Made by a program: the position numbers and the translations under genes
Shown here: positions 13,741-27,463 of the stretch, one piece after another
Numbering within the stretch: position 1 is the stretch's first letter
How the letters are laid out: each line of letters begins with the position of its first letter
The notes under the pieces: model-generated
What the model saw: only the letters and a program-made list of their open reading frames with translations
Database searches by the model: none
Told to the model about the DNA's origin: nothing
Assembly: GCF_006345805.1 (NCBI RefSeq)
Contig: NC_043012.1
Span: forward strand, 4,402,001-4,466,000
Source: Octopus sinensis
Taxonomy: Eukaryota
DNA length: 64,000 bases
Direction of reading: 5' to 3'

Positions 13741-13960
13741 ACTCTTCTACTCTTTTACTTGTTTCAATCATGTGACTGTGGCCATGCTGGAGCACCACCT
13801 TTAGTTGAGCAAATCGATCCCAGGACTTATTCTTTGTAAGCCTAGTACTTATTCTATTGGTCTCTTTTGCCAAACCGCTAAGTTACGGGGACGTAAACAC
13901 ACCAGCATCGGTTGTCGAGCGATGTTGGGGGGACAAACACAGACACAAACATATACACAC

Positions 13961-14055
<95 letters not shown>

Positions 14056-14232
14056 CTATACATATATACGACAGACTTCTTCAGTTTCCGTCAACCAAAT
14101 CCACTCACAAGGCTTTGGTTGGCCCGAGGCTATAGTAGAAGACACTTGCCCAAGGTGCAATGCAGAGGGACTGAACCCGGAACAATGTGACTGGTAAGCA
14201 AGCTACTTACCACAGAGCCATTCCTGTGCCTA
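13741..14232 (-). mobile_element. tRNA-derived SINE family A (internal TA/TG microsatellite)
   Basis: Head GGAGTGGCTGTGTGGTAAG...GGGTTCAGTCCC (A/B boxes), 3' end AAACAAGTAAAAGAG. Further copies at about 20229-20672(-), 28557-28950(+), 29110-29390(-), 29937-30352(-), 36270-36475(+), 36773-37150(+), 40770-41180(+), 44395-44870(+) and 59374-59762(+). Confidence 0.85.
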
Positions 14233-15585
14233 TGGAGAAAAAAATTCACTGTGGAGAGGCTTTTTGAACACCCTGTATGATTTGTACAGATTAGTGTGAA
14301 GGTTAAATCTAAAGAATTAATAACAATAAAGTTTGTTGCTATGGTGATTTTAGCCTTGAAGTGTTGTAGAAGTGGAACATGTCTTCTCTGAATATATCTA
14401 GATTGTATCTGCTAGCATTATTGGAAATGGCTAACATAACCGATACAATTTAATACACCAATCTGTTATGTAAAACAACGTGGAGTATTAAGTTATGTTA
14501 CTTAGTATAACCAGCTAAATTTCAAGCCTTGTACCTAGAGTAGAAAAGAATATTAAGTGTTTATTTGATAGTAAAATGACAAATTGTAATAAGTCCTCAT
14601 ACTGTTTTTATTAACTCTTTGTGTTCAGAGTTTAATTTCTGCAATGGCCTACTGATATGGCTTGTAAACTGGTGTTTGGGTGCCTTTAGTAAAATTCACC
14701 CTGTTTCAAGCATGCAGTCCAGGTTTCTGATGTGAGGTTATCTTCCTACTTCCCTCACACTCTCTTTCTCATCAGTCTCAGGAGCTTTGTAAAAGGATCA
14801 GAGCTAATGCCTTCAATATAGACCAGTCATAAGCTATGTATATGCCTAACAAAAACAATTACCTTGAATGTTTTTAATGGTGTGGCCAGCCTCATGCCTC
14901 ATGCGGCCTGCTTCTCAATAAACGTTGACCATACCTAATATAGACTAAAGTGGTTTCAAATTTAGATGCACGGCCAGAAGTTTCATGGGAAGTAGGGGAG
15001 TTAGATACATTGCTACCCCAGTGCTTAACTGGTATTATTTGTTTTATCAACCCTAAAAAGATGAAAGGCAAAGTCGAGACTTGTGGCTTTTGAAATCAGA
15101 ATGTAAAGTCAGAAGAAATGCCACTAAGCATTTCCTTTGGCACTGCAACAATTCTGCCTGCTCACTACCTTAGCTTGGAATATACATTAGTTATGAAGGC
15201 GGGGGGAGCCAGCAGAAATGTTAGCACGCCGGGTGAAATGCTTGGCGGTATTTTGTCAGTTTTTATGTTCTGAGTTCAAATTCCACCAAGGTCAACTTTA
15301 CTTTTCATCCTTTTGGGATGAAAAGTAAATAATTATTATCATTATTTATCATCATTATTATTATTGTTATTAAGGTACTGAGCTGGCAGAGTTGTTAGCA
15401 CACTGGATGAAATGCTTAGCGGTATTTCATCCGTTGCTACATTTTGAGTTCAAATTCCACCAAGGTCGACTTTGTTTTTCCATCCTTTTAAGGTTGATAA
15501 ATTAAGTACCAGTGAAATTCTGGAGTTGATATAATCGACTAGCCCCTCTCCCAAAATTTCAAACCTTGTGCCTTTAGTAGAAAGG

Positions 15586-15640
<55 letters not shown>

Positions 15641-15679
15641 TATTATTATTATTATTATCATCATTATTATTATTATTAA

Positions 15680-15895
15680 GGTGGTGAGCTGGCAGAATTG
15701 TTAGCACACCTGGTAAAATGCTTAGTGGCATTTTGTCTGTCTTTACATTCCGAGTTCAAATTCCGCCAAGGTCGACTTTACCTTTCATCCTTTTGGGGTT
15801 GATAGAATAAGTACCAGTTGTGTATTGGGGTCAATGTAATTGACTATCCCCTTCCCCAAATTTCCCACCTTGTGCCTATAGCAGAAAGGATTATA
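15680..15895 (+). mobile_element. tRNA-derived SINE family B
   Basis: Head GGCGAGCTGGCAGAA...GAGTTCAAATTCC, body GGTCGACTTTGCCTTTCATCC. About 20 copies, e.g. 6945-7165(-), 7215-7410(-), 14960-15170(-), 15375-15590(+), 21350-21570(-), 22690-22930(-), 26960-27150(-), 27195-27420(+), 50765-50985(+), 51180-51400(-), 52670-52870(-), 60050-60275(-), 61265-61485(+), 62420-62550(+). Confidence 0.85.
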
Positions 15896-15905
15896 ATTAT
15901 TATTA

Positions 15906-15944
<39 letters not shown>

Positions 15945-16195
15945 GTAGTAGTAGTAGTAGTAACAGCAGCAGTAGTAGTAGAAGCAGTAATAGTAGTATT
16001 GATTGCAGTGGGACCCCATTTGATAACGTACTTTTCCTATTAGTATCAAGGTGAGGCAAGAAATGAAGGAGATGTATTTTGTTTGCCTTTGTTTAAAATA
16101 TACAACGGAAAAACCACCACCACACTTCAAATCGTGACTATCTAGGTATTTACTGACAGATAAACAAAAGAGACAACATAACAGACACTCACTTC

Positions 16196-16259
<64 letters not shown>

Positions 16260-16454
16260 AAAAGAAAAAAATCAAAAAGAAATCTGTCAAAACTATTCTG
16301 TACAAATATACACTTTGATATAAGAAAAAGAAAAACAGTTAAATAGAGAGTCTCTAATATAGATAAGTTTTGAACACCTTCTTGTTCAGGACATTTCAAC
16401 ATTATTAGCACCACCTTATTAGTAAATGTTATATAAGAGTACATGTGTTGTATA

Positions 16455-17040
16455 CACAGGGGTTGGACAAAATAATGGAAGCACCTAGCATCATAGCATC
16501 ATAATTTTGAAATACTTATAAAAGTATCAAAAGCTTGTTTATTTTTATGTTTTTTGATTTATTATTAGTGTTGCTTAATATGTTTTGCTAAAATTGCTGT
16601 TTCTTTTCAGATATCATCAGAAAAAGGTAATTAAAATTCATTAAAACGACAGATCTATTGGATTTTCAAAGAGGTTAAATTGTTGGTGCTTGTATGGCAG
16701 GTGCTAGTGTAACATAAACAGCCAAAATGTTTGGTGTATCAAGAAGTACTGTCTTAAAAGTAATGACAGCCTTTGAGAAAGAGGGTAAAATCTCCTCATC
16801 AAAACAAAACTCTGGAAGAAAACCAAAACTTTCAGATAGGGATTGTCGGACTCTTATGTGAATTGTTAGAAAGGATCACAAAAGTACAGCTCCCAAAATT
16901 ACTGCAGAGCTTAATGACCACTTCAAGAACCCAGTTTCAACAAAAAACGGTTTGCCAGGAGTTGCACAAAGTCAGATTTCATGGGAGGGCTGGAATCAGA
17001 AAACCACTACTTTCAAAAACAAATATTGCAAAGTGTTTAG
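16455..17040 (+). mobile_element. Tc1-like transposon 5' half (decayed)
   Basis: TA|CACAGGGGTTGGACAAAATAATGGAA TIR, then an HTH region DFQRG*IVGA...GRKPKLSDRD...RKPLL. Confidence 0.85.
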
Positions 17041-17778
17041 AGGGTGATGACCTTCTTTAGCTTGGGATGTTGGTGTTTCTCCTTTCCTTACCCACTGTCT
17101 TTGGTGCTTGACATTTTTATAGAGAACCCATTTATTGTCACCAGTCACTAGTCAGTTCAAAAAGGTTCATTCGCGAGACATGACAGCAAAGAAGAGCACA
17201 CATTCACTCACTGCATGTGATTAGACTTGGAAAGTTTGTGAGGAACACATTGACTCGATTTGCTGACTTTTCCAATGGCACACAGGTTTTGATGTATGGT
17301 AGAATGACCAAATCCAAGCTTCTCTGTTAGTTCCTCAACAGTTACAATGAGATTTTGCTCCACCAGGGTTTTCAGGATGTCCTCATTGAGCTCTACAGAA
17401 TTCCAGGTCGAGGCTCATCTTCTAGGCTGTAGTTTTCAGCTTAGAATTTCTAGAACCACTGTTGACACTGGCTTATGCCTATTGTCCAATCCCCATAAAC
17501 TGCCGCATTAATATTCCTTGTACTTTCTGTTGTGTTGCTGCCTTTACTGAACTCATAAAGCAAAATGTTCTGAATATGCTCCTTTGTCACTTCCATCATA
17601 GCTTTGAAAATATAACTGTTAAAATCAAACTGCACCCGTCAAAACTTACACTAAGAATAAGTACATGGTAAAATTACTGCCTACCTTTATAGAAAGTTGA
17701 TGCTGGTAGTTTATCCCATCCCCTTCAACTATTAGTTCATGCAGTTGAAAAAATCATATTATTTATGGGATGACCCAA
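17041..17778 (-). mobile_element. Mariner transposon 5' half (decayed)
   Basis: TIR TTGGGTCATCCCATAAAT. MEVTKEHIQNILLYEF...QWF...EDEPRPG..., running to QWVRKGETPTSQAKEGHHP. Confidence 0.87.
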
Positions 17779-20041
17779 GATATATATATCATCATCATCA
17801 TTGTCATCGTTTAACATTCACTTTCCATACTGGCATGGGTTGGACGGTTTGATTGAGGACTGGCAAGGCAGGAGGCTACCAGGCTTGCCAGTCCTCAATC
17901 AAACCGTCCAACCCATGCCAGCATGGAAAGCAGATGTTAAATGATGATGATGATAATATATATATATGCACACTGGATGGGTAATGTCAGAGTGCATATA
18001 CAACAGGGTGTGATTTGAGAGAAAAACTGGGTATACATAGCATCAGATGTAGTGTGCAAGAGAGAAGACTGTGCTGGTATGGCCATGTAATGTGTATGAA
18101 AGAAGACAGTTGCATCAAGAGGTGCCAATCTCTAATTGTAGGGGTAAGAAGTGGAAGGGGTAGACCCAGGAAGATGTAGGATGAAGTTGTGAGAAAAGAT
18201 CTGCAGATGCTGGGCCTCACAGAGGAGATACCCAGGGACTGAGAATTCTGGTAGCTTGCTGTGCTTAAAAATACACATCAAGCTAAGTAAAATTATTGTT
18301 GTCCTTGCATAAAAGCATGTCCCCTGCATCCCTCTTCAGCTGAGTGATCCTAATCTTGCAGGCTCACGGGTGCCCCTGTCATATAAAACACACCTGTGCA
18401 GGTGTCATGTAAAAGCATCCATGCTGGTGCTGCGTAAAAGCACCCAGTACACTCTGTAAAGTAGTTGGCACTAGGAAGGGCATTCAGCTGTAGAAACCAT
18501 GCCAAGACAGACGACAGGAGTCTGGGCAGCTCTTCGGTTGGCCAGCTCCTGTCAAACTGTCCAACCCATGCCAGCACGGAAAACATTAAATGATGATGAT
18601 GTGAGATTATAGACATGACTGAAGCTAGTGTTACGTAACTGGCACTCATGCCAGTGGCACGTAAAAAGCACCCACTACACTCTTGGAGTGATTGGCATTA
18701 GGAAGGGCATCCAGCTTTAGAAACCATGCCAAATCAGATTGGAACCTGGCACAGCTCCCCAGCTGACCAGTTTTCAGTCAGACCGTCCAACCCATGCCAG
18801 CATAGAAAATGGACGTTAATTGATGAGTATGATGATTATGATGATGATGATGATGATGATGTGTGTATGTATAAATGTATGAGAAATTACGATAAACACA
18901 AGTTTCTATTATTCATTCCTATGTATGTTTCACCATTATTGTCTCTTGGAGCCCTGCAATGGATGTTCTAAGAGCATTTGGATGCTTAATCAGAATGGGT
19001 CATCATGGAACATTCCATTGCATTAAATTACAAAGAATTAATGTGAAGAGTCAGGGAGATGGCAAGGTATTTTATAAGTATTTTGAAAGAGAACTAGAAG
19101 GAAATTAAGTGGCAGAGAAAGGAAAAATATTAACTAAAAAAAAGAAGAGAGAAGGGGGAAGAGTGAAAGAAAGACAGAGAACACAAATAGAGAAAAAGAG
19201 ATAGGAAAAAGAAGAGAGGAAGAATTGGAGAAGAAAGTAGGAAGGGGGGGGAAGAAAGGAAAAAGAAAGGAAGAGTGAAACGAGAATATAATTTGGACAA
19301 ACATAAAAGGGATAAACAAAAAATATAAAAATATATAACACCCTGGTAATTTAAGTGAAAAGAAAAAAATAAACAAATAAATGGAGAAGGAAGGAGAGAA
19401 AGACAGGAATGCAGGGTGGGAAAAACAGCAAATGAGAGGGAGAGGGGTGTAAGAGGTGACAAACGGGGTTGTGAGTCATTAACATCATTGATTGTTACTT
19501 AACCACTATACTATGTGGTACTCTAAACAGCATAACAGTAGTAGTCATTTATCTGTTGGTACATGCAACATATATATATATATATATATATTTTCAAAAT
19601 GTAACCACATGTGAATCGTTGGCAATTTTCTTCTTGGTCAACTATATGTCATTTTGGGAAAATGTCATTTTTTACAACCTAAGTTTTCATAAATAAGAAA
19701 AAAAAATAGCCACTTATAGATTAGGTAATATAGTGGATATAATATGTATATAGTATTACTTAATTTGATCTCACAACAGCCAAATCATGTCACACACACG
19801 AACATATATATATATATACATGTATATGACGGGCATCTTTCAGTTTCTGTCAACCAGGTCTACTGACATAACGCTACATAATAATCACCACAAAAACAAC
19901 ATCGACAAGCCTTCTTAAAATCAGAATAACACTCCTTCACACACACACAAACACACATATTTACACACATATTTATAAGTAAACACAGAGTGTAGAGAGA
20001 ATACACACATATACAAACATATATAAATGCATGCAGCTTAC

Positions 20042-20163
20042 CTTTGGGAAGTTTTAGACTAGGTGCATCCATTGCCCAGGCATACAAAATTGAAGGGTTT
20101 GTACGACATGTTGGACCAGTTGCATAGTGTCGAGAAAAAGTTGGTCCCATTTCTCCACAGTTC
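20042..20163 (-). CDS. PHM: PHM coding exon 4
   Basis: NCGEMGPTFSRHYATGPTCRTNPSILYAWAMDAPSLKLPK, with WNCGEM and ILYAWA motifs. 122 nt, phase 2 to 1. Confidence 0.96.
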
Positions 20164-21019
20164 CTTAAAAAGAAACGAAATCAATAAACAAAATGAAAAG
20201 GGGGCAAAAGGTGTTCTTTCTTTCTTTCTTTTTTGTTTCAGTCATTTGACTATGGCCATGCTGGAGCACTGCCTTTAGTCAAACAAATCAAGATCAGGAC
20301 TTATTCTTTGTAGTACTTGTTCTATTGGTTTCTTTTGCTGAACCGCTAAGTTACGGGGATGCAAACACACCAACCATCGGTTGTCAAGCAATGCTGGGAG
20401 GACAAACACAGATACATAAATACACACACACACACACACACACATACGCGCGCACACACACACACTCAAGCCTCAGGTTGACCAAAGCCTTGTGAGTGGA
20501 TTTGGTAGATGGGCTTCTTTCAGTTTCCGTGTACCAAATCCACTCACAAGGCTTTGGTCAACCTGAGGCTAGAGTAGAAGACACTTGCCCAAGGTACCAC
20601 GCAGTGGGACTGAACCCAGAACCATGTGGTTGGTAAGCAAGCTACTTACCACAGAGCTACTCCTGCACCTGTATGTTTACTGGTTGTTCCCAGATTATGA
20701 TGTTACAATTGATGCACAGATCATGGAAGCTGAATAAACATGCTCCGCACATACATTTGTTTTTTTCATTTTTCTAAGTCTTGTACTTATTCTGTTGATC
20801 TTGTTAGCTGAACTGCTAAGTTACAGGGATCTAAAGAAAACAACACTGCTTGTTATGCAGTGGGGGTGGTGGAGATATGTGTGCACAACACAAACATAAA
20901 GATGCATACACAAACACTCACATACATATATATATGTATGTACATACATATATATGATATATATAGATATATATATGTGTATGTGTGTGTGTGTATGTAT
21001 GTATCATTGTCATCCATTG

Positions 21020-21064
<45 letters not shown>

Positions 21065-21642
21065 ATACACATATCTATATCTATATCTATTGGTATGTAA
21101 AAAGCACCATTCGAGTATAGTCAATGCCAGTGCCACCTGACTGGCTTTTGTGCCAGTGGGATGTAAAATGCACCATTCGAGTGTGGTCAATGCCAGTAAT
21201 CCCTGTGCCAGTGGCATGTAAAAAGCACCCACTACACTCTCAGAGTGGTTGGCATTAGGAAGGGCATCCAGCTGTAGAAACCTCGCCAGATCAGGTTGGA
21301 GCCTGGTGCAACCTCCTGGTCTGCCAGTCCTCAGTCAAACTGTCCAACACATAGGCTTATTCTTTTCTACTCTAGGCACCAGGCCTGAAATTTCTGGGGA
21401 GGGAAGCACTCAATTAGATCGACTCCAGTATGCAACTAGTACTTAATTTATCGACCACGAAAGGATGAAAGGCGAAGTTGACCTCAGAGTAATTTAAACT
21501 CAGAATGTAAAGGCAGATGAAATACCACTAAGCATTTTGCCTGGCATGCTAATGTTTCTGCCCAACCCCATCTGCCGTACTCTATGGCACAGTGCCAAGA
21601 TAAAGAATAAATTAAAAAGGTAGAGATTAAATATTTACATAC

Positions 21643-21730
21643 CAGATTTTGGCGTCTTTGCCTGGTGTACCACAACCATACAAGAGAATATGGTGAGCAG
21701 TTGCCATATTGGCATGGGGCTGGAAGCCAA
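21643..21730 (-). CDS. PHM: PHM coding exon 3 (CuH His-His)
   Basis: (V)GFQPHANMATAHHILLYGCGTPGKDAKI(W) carries the AHHxLLxGC copper-H ligands. 88 nt, phase 1 to 2. Confidence 0.96.
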
Positions 21731-23326
21731 CTGAAAGAAGAAAGAAAAGGAAATAAATTAAATGAAAAGCAAATTGATTAATAAGTAAATTAATATATAA
21801 AAACTACAAATGGTTGTTCTCTTCTGGACTCATGTCAGGGTCTCAGAACTATATTGGTTGTGCTCTCACATCACACCTCCAAGAGCAAGTTACAAGCTTA
21901 TTGCTGGTTGTACCAGCATTGAGTAGAAACTGCAATATATTTTTCAAACAGATCCCTCCACCTAAGGTTCAAACACATCTCTTGTTAACCCATGTAACAG
22001 ACAATGTGGTATGGTTATTTTCTCTTAACCCTTTTCATATTGCAGTTTTTGGCGGTCTTATTCACACCAAACCCCAAGGCTGCATTTGTATTGAACATGT
22101 GATGCTATTCAATGGTGTGTATAGCTCAAAGATCAGGGAGTCTCTCTAGGTCAAACTGCTAATTTTCTGCACTGAGAAGCCACATTTCTGGGGCAGCAGA
22201 CATATGATTAGAATGTCACAAGAAAGAATTGTAAGAGGATTCTTCAAGAGACCTCAGGGTTGACTAAGAATGAGAGGGATGGATAATATCCATAGTCTCA
22301 ATTGGTTAGGCTTGGGAATCCAGCCAGGAATTCAAATGACCGTTGCTTCTGATAGAATCCTATGGAGGAAGTCCTGAGGACTCTATCCTTATGATATTCC
22401 TAAGAATAGTGGGCAGAAAAATATGGATGGACAGATGGATGGATATAAAGATATTTTTTTTTACCATCCCACTATAATTATACAGTTCATAACATTCTGA
22501 GTCATACAATTTTAGTCAAAAGAATCAACCCCAGTAATTTTTTTTTTACATTTTTTTTTGTATTAATCTCTTTTCCTGAGCTGCTAAATTAAGGGGATGT
22601 AAACACACAAACACTGGTTGTCAAGTGGTGACGGGGGAACATACACAGATATGAAGATACACACATGTAAATATATATATGATGGGCTTCTTTCAGTTTC
22701 TTATTTCTTTACTGCCTACAAAGGGCTACACGCAGAGGGGACAAACAAGGACAGACAAATGGATTAAGTCGATTATATCAACCCCACTGCGTAAATGGTA
22801 CTTATTTAATCAACCCCAAAAGGATGAAAGGCAAAGTCGACCTTGGTGGAATTTGAACTCAGAACGTAGCGGCAGATGAAATACTATTAAGCATTTCGCC
22901 CAGCGTGCTAACGTTTCTGCCAGCTCACCGGCTTCTTTCAGTTTCTCTCTACCAAATCCACTCACAAGGCTCTGTGGTTGGGGACCTTAGATCTGTCAGG
23001 TAGATCAGGGTTGTCTTGGGGAGGACAAACAACAATGGCAGCAACAATAACAACAAAAACAACAACAACAATGACACTAGACATTTCAAAGGAAACTTTA
23101 TATAATGTAGTCTTGGATACTCCAAAGAAGTTGGGAAGGTCATAGCTGGAATGCCCGAGATCATAGATCGGTTGGGCTGATCAGGGTTGACTCAAGAGAA
23201 TAGGCACCACCACCACCACAACAACAACAGCAACAGCAACAACGACAACATAAAAAAACAAAAACAAAAAACATCTCAATTCTTAGTGGAAGGCAAAAAT
23301 ATCAAAGTAGTTGTATTTCTTCTTAC

Positions 23327-23381
23327 CTATGTAGCTTGCTGTAGTATTTGCCTTCAAGGAGAGACATAAGTACGTATCAGC
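23327..23381 (-). CDS. PHM: PHM coding exon 2
   Basis: ADTYLCLSLKANTTASYI (DTYLC motif). CAG acceptor, GTAAGA donor, 55 nt, phase 0 to 1. Confidence 0.92.
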
Positions 23382-24773
23382 CTGGAAAAGAAAAAATGAA
23401 AGAGAAGCAATCAGTAATTAATACATAACGAGAGAAAACTTGATTGAATTTGAGTTGTTTTATTTGACATTATATATTGATTGTGGCCAAAGGTATAAGA
23501 GTAAAGACCTCCGTTGACTGACTGGTATTTTGAATATTGTTTTTATAAGAGGTACAAAGGGTTAAATATTTGTGGAAAAAAGTAAATTTACCTCAAAACT
23601 TTATTTTGTTAAGTGCAGGTATGGATGTGTGTGTAGGGATCTAGCTTGACCCTGCCTGAGACTTGAAACAAAATCTACCCACTTGTTGCTTGTCAAAGCA
23701 AGTGGGAAATCCTCTCCATGTCAGATAATTGATGAGGAAACATTTGATGCCTTAGGATCTGTGATGGTCAAGGAATGGTCAGTCGTTTGTTTAGGGTTAG
23801 ACCTACATTACTGACCAGTCTATATAACAGAGAGAATTTCCTATCTCTTCCTCTTTTGTGTCAGCCAGACCAAGGAGCAGCACCTGCTTTAGCGTCAGCC
23901 TTAACCAAGAGCAGCACTTCCCATCGCCCTTCGCTCGACATGCGAAGAGAGGCTTTCGGCTGCAAGAAAGGTGATACCACCTTTATCCTTTCTTCCTTTT
24001 TAGTCACCCATATATATATGGGTGCAGGCATGGGTGTGTGGTAAGAAGCTTGCTTCCCATCCACTGGGTTCAGTGCTGCTATGTGTCACCTTGGGCGAGT
24101 ATCTTCTACCGATTCCCAAAACAGACTTTAAGACATCTCACCTCATGCTACCATACTAAACATTTGGACTTTGTGTTCCCCTATTATCGATTATTGCAAT
24201 TTGGAATTCCTCCTCCTTTGGTGACAATGGGGTCGCCCTTGAATTTGACCTCCCCACCTGGGCCCTGACAATAAAATACAACATATTGCAAAATCCAAAA
24301 GTGTCACCCCTATAAAAGTGCTTGCCAAGTTAGGCTGTTTCCAGCCCTTTAGCTATGCTACTGTTCTCCATGCATCAAATTTTTTCAAACCGACATTGAC
24401 CCACAAATGTTGAAACTGAACATTAGCCACATCAATCTCACAAATAATGGACTGAGAGATTTTTGAAGTGCATGGGTACTGGTCTTGATCCCTTTGCTTT
24501 GTTCATTTAACATCTATTTCCCTAAGCTGGCATGGGTTAGACAGGGAGTTAAGTGAAGCAAGATTACATATCTGGATGCTTTTCCTGTTTCCAACGCTCA
24601 TCTGTTTTTTTTTTTTTGAATCCAAGGATAATTTATACTAGAGGTCCTTGAAAGTGCAGAGTGACAGGTCATGATGTCAACAAAAAATGTCAACATTATT
24701 TTGCTTTAGTGATGACAGATATGGAACATTGACACACACACGCACGCATACACACACACACACACACACGCGC

Positions 24774-24812
<39 letters not shown>

Positions 24813-25982
24813 ATGGGCTTCCTGCAGTTTCCCTCAACCAAATTTATTCACGAGGTATTGGTCAGAGTGTCAACATGGGGCTATAGTAGAAGACACATCC
24901 CCAAGTTACTGTACAGTGGGCCTGAACCCCCCGCCACATGGTTTACAATGAGAACTTCTTAACCACACAGCCATGACTGCAATATTGTCATTGTCATCAT
25001 TGCCATTGCCTTTGTAGTCATCATTTAATGCCTGTTTTCCATGCTGGTATGGGTAAACAGTTAGACAGCAGCTTACAAGTCAGAAAAAGTTCTATTGCCT
25101 GCAATGGTTTGGTTTCTACGGCTGGACGTCCTTCCTAACATCATATATATATAAAAAGGTGGCTATTATTGTTGTTGATATTGTTGTATAATAGTTATTT
25201 TTTTGTGGCGATAGGTGGTATGAGAATGATTTTATTTTTATGTGTGTCTAGTATTGGTGTTTATTCTGTTATGGGGGCTGGTTGGTTTTCTAATTCTAAA
25301 TATGTTTTATTGGGGTCTGTTTGTGCAGTTGCTCAGAGTATTTCTTAAGAGGTTAGAATATCATTGATTTTAATAAGTTGTTTATTGCTAGGCTAGTCCT
25401 AATCAAGCAGACATAGGCTCTAAGGTATTCCAGCCATGATCCTCTCATCTTTTTAGGAGTATCTAGAACTCCATTATATGATATAATGTGCAGTTTTTGA
25501 TTTTAAAACAAGAGGGTGTAAAATGACCATATTTGGCTGCTATTTCTAGAATGTTGAGTGACTATATAGAGCCTCCCTTGATAACTCTGTTTGGTTGTCA
25601 AGGTGATACTGAAATTTGCTGCACTAGAATTGTTGTTTTTATCCAAGGTCAACCATGACTCCATAAACTTTTGATTGAAGGTCCTTAAGTTTTGATCAGC
25701 CCTTCCTGTTTAAGGCACGATGTGTCCGGAATTACATCCCCTTTGATGAATGTATGTATCTCCTTCATTTAAAACAGACAGCTGGGTGACCTACGAGTGA
25801 GATTTGGCTTCTATTTGTAGCATGTCAAGTAGCCAGAGAAATTCCTGTTAAACTGGTGTCTGTGTCCGTTATTCATCATTTTAAATTTAGCAGCAATGAT
25901 GGGGGAAGTACCAAAATCAATAGGATATCATTGCTGCTGGCTATAAATTACTATCAGACAGCATCAATAAGGAATTTCCCAC

Positions 25983-26062
<80 letters not shown>

Positions 26063-26354
26063 AAATATTGATTTTGTTACATGCACACACATACATACAC
26101 ACACACCACACACGTGTACATACACACACACCACACACGTGTACATACACACACACACACACACACACATATTATATTATATTATATCATATATATATGT
26201 ATGAGTGTGTGTGTGTATATATATATGCATATATATATTATATATATGTGTGTGTATATATATATATATTATATGTATATGTGTGTATATATATATTATA
26301 TGTATGTGTATATATAAGTATATATATATATTATATATGTATGTGTATATTATA

Positions 26355-26520
<166 letters not shown>

Positions 26521-27463
26521 TTATATATATGTGTGTGTATATATATATAATTTATAAATTTTCTTCATATATGTATATGTATATGTGTGTGTGTGTGTAC
26601 ATGTATCTAAAAAATTTAAAGCTTGGTAGTATGCCATTAAGATTGTTCTCCTAAGCATATTCAACAACATATACTGCAGTTGTCTGAAAATCCGCAAAAC
26701 TGCTGGGTGAGCATGGACCAACACAAAGTTCGCATGGTTTTACTATTTCTGTCTTGTGGGAATCCATATCAACGTATCAGCACCACCCACTATTATGTTA
26801 TTCAACACGTTTATAGTAACTGTCAGGAGCCATCTGAAGCATCAAGATGAATAAAAGATAATACGGCAGAGTGCACAGAATATTTCTTGGTCATCACCAT
26901 TAATTTGTTATGGCAGTTCCACAATAAGTCTGTCCTGTTTGAAATAATGGTTTCCAATTGATTTTGGTGCAAGACCAGCGATTGTTAGGGGCTACTCAAT
27001 TACATCAGCCCCAGCGCTCAACTGGTACTTGTTTCAGTGAACCCATAAAGGATGAAAGGCAAGGTTGACTTTGGCAGGATTTGAGCTCAGAATGACAAGA
27101 ACTGAAAGAAATGCTGCAAAGAATTTTGTATGGCATGCTAAGTAATCTGTCAGCTCATCACATTCCTTGACTGAAACCATAGGTAGGTATGTGAAGGTGG
27201 CGAGCTGGCAGAAACATTAGCATGCCGGGTGAAATGCTTAGCAGTATTTCGCCTGCCGCAACGTTCTGAGTTCAAATTCCGCCGAGGTCGACTTTGCCTT
27301 TCATCCTTTCAGGGCTGATAAATTAAGTGCCAGTTGATTACAGTAGAGCACTGGGGTTGAAATAATTGGCTTAGCCCTCTCCACCGAAATTGCTGGCCTT
27401 GTACCAAAATTTAAAACCAATATTATTATTATTATCATCATTATTATTATTATTATTATTATT

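Noticed and set aside
22025-23563. TTAACCCTT ... AAGGGTTAA ends bracketing PHM exon 2 as a possible piggyBac capture
   Set aside because: The match is only about 9 bp and the exon is an ancestral part of the gene; probably two unrelated MITE ends.
26640-26800. Cys-containing minus-strand frame (KPCELCVGPC...VYVVEYA*) as a possible exon or element domain
   Set aside because: Not needed for PHM phase continuity, lacks clear splice sites, and no family was recognised.
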